Shown: positions 58,692-64,000 of the stretch, one piece after another | How the letters are laid out: each line of letters begins with the position of its first letter | Position numbering within the stretch: the first letter of the stretch is position 1 | IMG/VR virus record: IMGVR_UViG_3300029959_000014 | Location: 1 to 64,000 of that record | Source: a virus | DNA: 64,000 nt | Reading direction: 5' to 3' (one strand) | The notes under the pieces: model-generated | The model's input: the letters and a program-made list of their open reading frames with translations, nothing else | What the model was told of the DNA's origin: nothing | Database searches by the model: none | Translations under genes and position numbers: made by a program

Positions 58692-59048
58692 TTACCAACC
58701 TGTTTTATACTTCTTAATGATATTTGTAATCATTTCTATGTCACCCGGTTCGTTGTGTGGAGTTATTCCCTGCATACGGAGCATAAGGGTGCTAAAGATG
58801 AAGGATTGTTCCTTATCAGTTAGGTGGGTGGCGTTAATTTCATAATGTAATGCACTTCCCTGTATTCTTTTTACAAAATCACAATATCTTTTATAGTCAT
58901 CAATTGATAATTTTAAGAAGTATTCACTTTTCTTTGATTCTAAAACTCTATTAAGTATTTGATAATCAAATTCAGATATTTTTATCTCCATAGGTATCCC
59001 TCCCTCACAACGCTGGCATAAATTACAATCATCACCGGGCTGACACAT
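58692..59048 (-). CDS. hypothetical protein with an N-terminal CxxC pair
   Basis: It has a CQPGDDCNLCQRC motif. Confidence 0.4.
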   Translation of the reverse strand: MCQPGDDCNLCQRCEGGIPMEIKISEFDYQILNRVLESKKSEYFLKLSIDDYKRYCDFVKRIQGSALHYEINATHLTDKEQSFIFSTLMLRMQGITPHNEPGDIEMITNIIKKYKTGW

Positions 59049-59159
59049 AAATGTTAACTCATTCTTAATGATTCTTCATTTCATCAATACAATATGTAAA
59101 TAATACCCTCATTGAATTTATTAATAGCATACAATGATCTTCAGTGATCTTCAGTGATC

Positions 59160-59555
59160 TTAATTGTAATTAATGCTATCCTTGATAATTTCATAATCAT
59201 GTATGTTTTTAACTGTTTTAAGATTGCGATCGACATTCTCCTCTATGAATTCTAATATTTCAAAATCTTCACATCCATATTCAACATCAATGTCATTTGT
59301 TATAGTGATTATCAATGACCAATTAAAATATTCATCATCCACACCTTCATAGATCAGATTATCAATGACATTATATGATATACTGCTATTAGGAATGTGA
59401 AGTCTAGCAATATCAAGTAAGATACTTTCTACAGTATCACTAGACGAATAAATTTTAACATCGCAATCATAAGATATCGTTATGTCGCGATCCCCTGGAA
59501 GACTTGTAACTCCCGGAGGATATTCCCATCCAAAATTTGATTCTCTTAATGCCAT
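59160..59555 (-). CDS. hypothetical acidic protein
   Basis: It has GAGGAATAATC before the ATG. Confidence 0.4.
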   Translation of the reverse strand: MALRESNFGWEYPPGVTSLPGDRDITISYDCDVKIYSSSDTVESILLDIARLHIPNSSISYNVIDNLIYEGVDDEYFNWSLIITITNDIDVEYGCEDFEILEFIEENVDRNLKTVKNIHDYEIIKDSINYN

Positions 59556-59756
59556 GATTATTCCTCGATACCCAACACTATTTTCATCGCATTGATGATT
59601 TGCATGGCACTGTCACTTGGCTCTGATACATAATCCTTGATATAAGTTTCAAGAGCACCTGCAACAAATTTAAATTCTTCGTATTCAAATATAACTACAA
59701 TTCTTTCAGATGCTAAATATTTCCCAATACTAACCATAACAATAATTACCTCCTGT

Positions 59757-59948
59757 TTAATATAAAAATTGCCTATCCACTGCTGTCATGTTGACTTCAT
59801 TGAACAGCAACATTTCATGATTGTCCAATTTGCCTTTGATGTAGACTTCATTGGCAGTATCTTCGTTATCACCCATGTAAAGGATGATAGGTTTGGTCAG
59901 TGTTCGATCTAGAACTTTATATGGTTCCAATTGAATTACTAAATACAT
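59757..59948 (-). CDS. small hypothetical protein
   Basis: It is a co-oriented ORF. Confidence 0.3.
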   Translation of the reverse strand: MYLVIQLEPYKVLDRTLTKPIILYMGDNEDTANEVYIKGKLDNHEMLLFNEVNMTAVDRQFLY

Positions 59949-60187
59949 AACGATTGATTCCTCACATTTATTCCAAGTTTGCGTAACTGATCAGGATCTT
60001 TATATGTTCGTTGTAAGCGATCACATGATAGCACTGAACACGTGTTGATGAAACATGGTAGTGATGGACTGTAGATACATGTGCCTTTGGTTTTAATGTG
60101 TTTTGGATTTTTATCAATGTCATAATTAATGTTTTCACGAACCTTGCTAATATTTAGTTTTTTATTAAAGATTACTATAAAATTCAA
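59939..60187 (-). CDS. small Cys-containing protein
   Basis: It is a co-oriented ORF. Confidence 0.3.
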   Translation of the reverse strand: MNFIVIFNKKLNISKVRENINYDIDKNPKHIKTKGTCIYSPSLPCFINTCSVLSCDRLQRTYKDPDQLRKLGINVRNQSLCI

Positions 60188-60250
60188 CTCCTGTTACATA
60201 ACTTTTCCAAATTCAATCAAAATTAAATTTATTAAATATATTTAATAAAT

Positions 60251-60475
60251 TTAAATCATTTTAATGATATCATTTTCAATGGTAAACGTATATGGATACT
60301 TGTTTACAATTACCTGTGGATCATGATTAATATACTGACGTAGTTTATTGATTGGTAGGCCATTCACACCATGTTTGCTGTTGTGTTTCATGAGTTTTTC
60401 CCGTAGAGTTAGTGCACATTCATAAGTATCCATGTGCTCACGGTGAAATTGCTTTAAAATTTTGTTTGTTGGCAT
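60251..60475 (-). CDS. small hypothetical protein
   Basis: It is a co-oriented ORF. Confidence 0.3.
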   Translation of the reverse strand: MPTNKILKQFHREHMDTYECALTLREKLMKHNSKHGVNGLPINKLRQYINHDPQVIVNKYPYTFTIENDIIKMI

Positions 60476-60489
60476 TTTATCACTATCAT

Positions 60490-60915
60490 TTATTTTATGT
60501 TGTGTTTACTCTTCAATGTTTCCATACCGGCTATGGTGTATTCAAGGCTGTCAAGGGCATTATCAATGCGAAGTTTTGTTAGTGTCATGTCATCAAAATC
60601 AACGGGGATGGTAAGTTTGCCTTCTTTACTAGCACTGCCAATTTCCACTACACTATTCTTGCTAATAGTGAAAGTGTCATGGGATGGCAATTTCGTCGTT
60701 TGTTCACTACGGGACTTCCACCGATCAGTGAATTCATCGTAGACGAGATTGGTTTCACCTAAATTAAAGATGAATTTTGCTTTGTTACCTGAATGGTGTG
60801 GGCAGTCTCTTGGTGGTATAGGCTCCTGATCTTGAAATTCATCAGGTTCATAATCTATGTATTCACAGGGATATCGTGGATCACATACTTCACATCTAAA
60901 TGTTATTCGCATCAT
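60490..60915 (-). CDS. hypothetical protein with an N-terminal CxxC...C..H motif
   Basis: It has CEVCDPRYPCEY and GAGGTAAACCCTAGT before the ATG. Confidence 0.4.
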   Translation of the reverse strand: MMRITFRCEVCDPRYPCEYIDYEPDEFQDQEPIPPRDCPHHSGNKAKFIFNLGETNLVYDEFTDRWKSRSEQTTKLPSHDTFTISKNSVVEIGSASKEGKLTIPVDFDDMTLTKLRIDNALDSLEYTIAGMETLKSKHNIK

Positions 60916-61073
60916 ACTAGGGTTTACCTCTTAATCTTCATCGTATGCACACATCACACGATCTTTGTCATGTGTCTGGAAATGTTCACAACCTTCACAT
61001 CGTTCAATACGGACTTGATGCCGCATTTCAGGACAATCAACAACGATAATAGTTTGAATGATTCTTGTCATAT

Positions 61074-61337
61074 TTAGTAATTCTCCTTCATGATCATTTT
61101 ATCGTGGATACCAGGATTGTAGTCAAGGGTAAACAAATTATGGTTATAATCATCTACAGTTTTTCCTTTGATTGTTTTATCATATTCCCATGATAATTTA
61201 CCATCAATTACCACAGGTTCGTAAATACTTACTCCAGTCGGAGTATCACAAATTTTACACCACCTGCAGTGTGGTCCATCATCAGTTATCCACTTGAATC
61301 TTACAATGTAAAAATAACGTTTTCCAATTTTAACCAT
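61074..61337 (-). CDS. small Cys-containing protein
   Basis: It has HCRWCKIC and AGGTAAACTCTATT before the ATG. Confidence 0.35.
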   Translation of the reverse strand: MVKIGKRYFYIVRFKWITDDGPHCRWCKICDTPTGVSIYEPVVIDGKLSWEYDKTIKGKTVDDYNHNLFTLDYNPGIHDKMIMKENY

Positions 61338-61573
61338 AATAGAGTTTACCTCTTGGTTTTAGAAATGTTCTGTAATCGATTCTAAAAATGTTAGGAAGGT
61401 GTGAACTTCGCTAACATTAAATATCTCATTGGATATTTTGTCGGGGCACGTAACGGATGAATATCTTGCAGTAAAAGATGAGAAAGGATTACAAGGTTTG
61501 TTTGGTAGTTGTTTACGATGTTACCAGCATACCAAGATAATGGATAGATTTGACCTATCCAACTATTAAAATG

Positions 61574-61780
61574 TTAACTAAATTCAAATTTCACAACTTC
61601 AGAAATATTGTATCCAACCTGTCTTACGATATCTGTATTCTCATCATACCACTGAATTAATATTCTTGATGTTTGATTCGTTTCATTCATATCATAAGCA
61701 TGAAGTTTGTACCCATCAGGAGTGTAAACTTCTTTACTTCCATCCTTAAGATAGATTTCAACCTTTTTGTAATCTTTCAT
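61574..61780 (-). CDS. small hypothetical protein
   Basis: It is a co-oriented ORF. Confidence 0.3.
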   Translation of the reverse strand: MKDYKKVEIYLKDGSKEVYTPDGYKLHAYDMNETNQTSRILIQWYDENTDIVRQVGYNISEVVKFEFS

Positions 61781-61784
61781 GGTG

Positions 61785-61982
61785 TCACTTGATTTTAATT
61801 CCGAAGGATTCCATCATACATTGTTTGTATTCTTCGTGTGAAAGATATGTATTAGTAGATAATGATTCAACATTTTCAATTTGTTCGTTATTTCCAACCT
61901 GAATTACATAATCATATGCTTCGACAATAGCATCATCTTCAAATTGATTAAGAAATTCTTTTACTTCTTTAACAGTTACCAT
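61785..61982 (-). CDS. small acidic protein
   Basis: It has GGAAAACCCCTAGTT before the ATG. Confidence 0.3.
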   Translation of the reverse strand: MVTVKEVKEFLNQFEDDAIVEAYDYVIQVGNNEQIENVESLSTNTYLSHEEYKQCMMESFGIKIK

Positions 61983-62648
61983 AACTAGGGGTTTTCCTTT
62001 TTAATTTAGTGTTCTGAAAACTTTACTGGAAGATAATGAGATGGAATGAACCAACTCACTACCAGTATATTGAAAGGAGATAACCATGAGGAGACAAACA
62101 TGAGGATTTCGTTTACCCGGATCGGATGGAATGTGTCTATGCCAGAATTAACCCGGTTTGGTAGTTTTTTACATTGATACCAGCAATCATGAGTATGGCA
62201 GGAGTTGCACCTGCGTAGGACTGACCACTTGAGTTTGAATCAAGCCCGGTTTCTGCTTCGGTACATACTCAATTAGTAATTTTACCGTGAGCAGTTTAAC
62301 GATCATTATGATCTTGAAACTGTCACGTGGTAAATACACGTTCACTGATCCTTGGTGTTTGGCCTATGTAGATTAGAGTCCGGGCGATCAGTTTCCCTTT
62401 CTACTCAATCCCATTATTGTTACAAGATTTTAGGTGTAAAAGTTTTAGGCATTTTTGCACCTGTTACCTTGCTACACTATAAGATTGATCTGCTGACTAT
62501 ATAATGATTTTGTTTTGATAGTTTTAGAAGTAGTGGATCAATGATCAGAGTTATATACTATTGCTTTTGTTATGAAAAATGTAACGGAAAGATTGTTAGT
62601 GCGCAAGAAAAGAGTGGTGGTGATTACAAGGGAATTTAAGCACTGAAA

Positions 62649-63098
62649 TTACTCTGCACTGCATTCCATTGGATTAGGGATAATCTCTACTGTGAACTTT
62701 GGAATCTCCTCACGGGTATTTGCTTGGAGTGCATCCATAAACCACTGTTCAAGTTCTACGTGCTTGGCTTTCTCGGCCTGACAGATTGCCTTTTCTTGTG
62801 AGCGACATGAAGTAATGATTGGATCAGCATTATATTGTTCATCGAAATCTGGAAGTTTCATGATATCTCGAAGATCGCCTTCGCTTATTTCTTTTCGTTC
62901 ATGAACTGGAAGACCCGTTGCCTGAAGTTTTTTATAAATATCACCATAAGTAGCACTCTTAATCTGCTTTTTACGATCATTCTTCTGTGCAACGATTGGT
63001 GTGCGAACGTTGCTGTAGTAGGTTGATACCTTGGAACTGTAGATGTTGCGAAGTTCCTTGATCTGGGCTACTGATAGCCTTGTTTTGCTTGCTGTCAT
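62649..63098 (-). CDS. hypothetical basic protein
   Basis: It has a promoter box 21 nt upstream. Confidence 0.45.
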   Translation of the reverse strand: MTASKTRLSVAQIKELRNIYSSKVSTYYSNVRTPIVAQKNDRKKQIKSATYGDIYKKLQATGLPVHERKEISEGDLRDIMKLPDFDEQYNADPIITSCRSQEKAICQAEKAKHVELEQWFMDALQANTREEIPKFTVEIIPNPMECSAE

Positions 63099-63118
63099 AA
63101 CAGTAATGTTAGTGTGGA

Positions 63119-63128
63119 TATTATAAAA
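63119..63128 (-). promoter_or_regulatory. TTTTATAATA box
   Basis: It lies 20 nt upstream of the ATG of 62649-63098. Confidence 0.55.
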
Positions 63129-63154
63129 GAGTTTTGATAGTCAATCTACTAGTA

Positions 63155-63559
63155 TTATATTATACCTTCTAGAACTAGATCACAAAGAGCATCACATCGT
63201 TTAAGCATGATATGTTCACGCGGGGACCATTCAAAGTTTATGGTATTGAATTTTTTAATGATGTATTGAACTTGAGCATGTAAAGGTTTTAAATGTTCAC
63301 TTTTAACCTGATATTTTCCTGTGATTTGGAATATAGTTAACTGACTATCACTTGTTAATGTAAGATCTTTAATTCCTCCTGCTAATGCCGATGTAAGACA
63401 TAGGATGATACTAGTATATTCAGACTGATTATTACTATAGTTCCCAAAATAAAAGGAGTTGCTATATACCTCTTCATTTTTATCATTACAAATTATAAAG
63501 GCTCCAGCACCATGAGAATTATTCATTCTACTTCCTCCATCAGCGTATGCATAAAACAT
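63155..63559 (-). CDS. rnhA: RNase H1-type ribonuclease H
   Basis: The DEDD residues sit in YADGGS, NNQSEYTSII, LTSDSQ and CDALCD, with RNase H1-like spacing. Confidence 0.8.
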   Translation of the reverse strand: MFYAYADGGSRMNNSHGAGAFIICNDKNEEVYSNSFYFGNYSNNQSEYTSIILCLTSALAGGIKDLTLTSDSQLTIFQITGKYQVKSEHLKPLHAQVQYIIKKFNTINFEWSPREHIMLKRCDALCDLVLEGII

Positions 63560-63633
63560 AATGGTATTGTATGTTTGGGATTTTATTTATACATTGGTAA
63601 TGGTGGAATTTTAAATATTTATAATTACCTGTT

Positions 63634-63762
63634 TGTGCACATCCCAGACAGAATCGGGTTTCCTGTCAATTCTCTTCTGTTTGAGGTGAATTGTTGATGG
63701 AAGTATACCGAAATGTTTATATAATAGTAGTTACATATATTATTGTGCACATCCCAGACAGA
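63634..63762. repeat. pair of 20-nt direct repeats TTGTGCACATCCCAGACAGA spaced 109 nt apart in an ORF-free terminal region
   Basis: Exact copies occur at 63634-63652 and 63743-63762. Each is preceded by a TATA-like AT stretch. Confidence 0.5.
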
Positions 63763-64000
63763 TGAAGGTTATACTTCAATAACTCTCACTGTTTGTTGGA
63801 ATGGTGTTCTATTCTAGTTAAATTGTCAGTGTTTTATATAATTAGTTTTATAATATACGGCAACGTATCTTACTAGTGGTGATCATCATTAGTTTTGATA
63901 TTTACACTAGAAGGGAAGATTGCCCTGCTTGGATTACTCATGAGATGGTAGAGATTGGGGTGATTACGCCAAGGAACAATGAGACAATTATTGATACTGA

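Noticed and set aside
1-64000. I considered a T4-like or jumbo bacteriophage identity, prompted by the HNH/NUMOD endonucleases, NAMPT, RNA ligase, the DenV-like gene and the tRNA-type locus.
   Set aside because: The sliding clamp is clearly PCNA-type with the YYLAPKIE tail, not a gp45-type clamp. An exostosin GT47 and a -25 TATA-like promoter geometry also do not fit. The window is therefore called a large dsDNA virus of unresolved host domain.
1-64000. I looked for CRISPR arrays and for integrase, transposase or IS elements.
   Set aside because: There are no regularly spaced short direct repeats with unique spacers. There are no recombinase or transposase motifs (no DDE or tyrosine/serine recombinase signatures). 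The only mobile-type genes are the HNH endonucleases.

Overview
This 64-kb, AT-rich (~33% GC) segment looks like part of a large dsDNA virus or phage genome. Nearly all genes run on the minus strand in one dense array of about 120 mostly small ORFs; only two plus-strand genes are credible. I recognise a replication, repair and nucleotide-metabolism complement: a compact family-B DNA polymerase with FDIET, DLNSLYP, K..NS.YG and YGDTDS motifs, a PCNA-type sliding clamp, a UvrD-like SF1 helicase, a RuvB-like AAA+ ATPase, a Sak4/AAA_24-like ATPase and a Cas4/RecB-like nuclease. The same complement includes an RNase H1, an ATP-dependent nucleotidyltransferase ligase, nicotinamide phosphoribosyltransferase (NAMPT), a dNMP/thymidylate-kinase-like P-loop kinase, an MT-A70 (DPPW) adenine methyltransferase and a possible DenV-like glycosylase. 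Alongside these are three HNH homing-endonuclease paralogs (one frameshifted), an SPFH/prohibitin membrane protein, an exostosin (GT47)-like glycosyltransferase, a Bro-N/KilA-N protein, a radical-SAM/SPASM-like enzyme, a winged-helix regulator, and many tiny Cys-rich or transmembrane orphans. The non-coding content is unusual. A 1.5-kb ORF-free, GC-richer locus is full of tRNA-type T-arm/acceptor minihelices and direct repeats. A dispersed ~90-nt repeat family carries a covarying central hairpin. A rigidly positioned TTTTATAATA box sits about 21 nt upstream of start codons, with CTAGT abutting the ATG. A GC-rich upstream element (TTTCGCGCCGA) and a TTTTAACGCGGAGG/SD-like class mark subsets of genes. 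The gene mix (PCNA and GT47 versus RuvB and UvrD) and the promoter geometry leave the host domain ambiguous from sequence alone.
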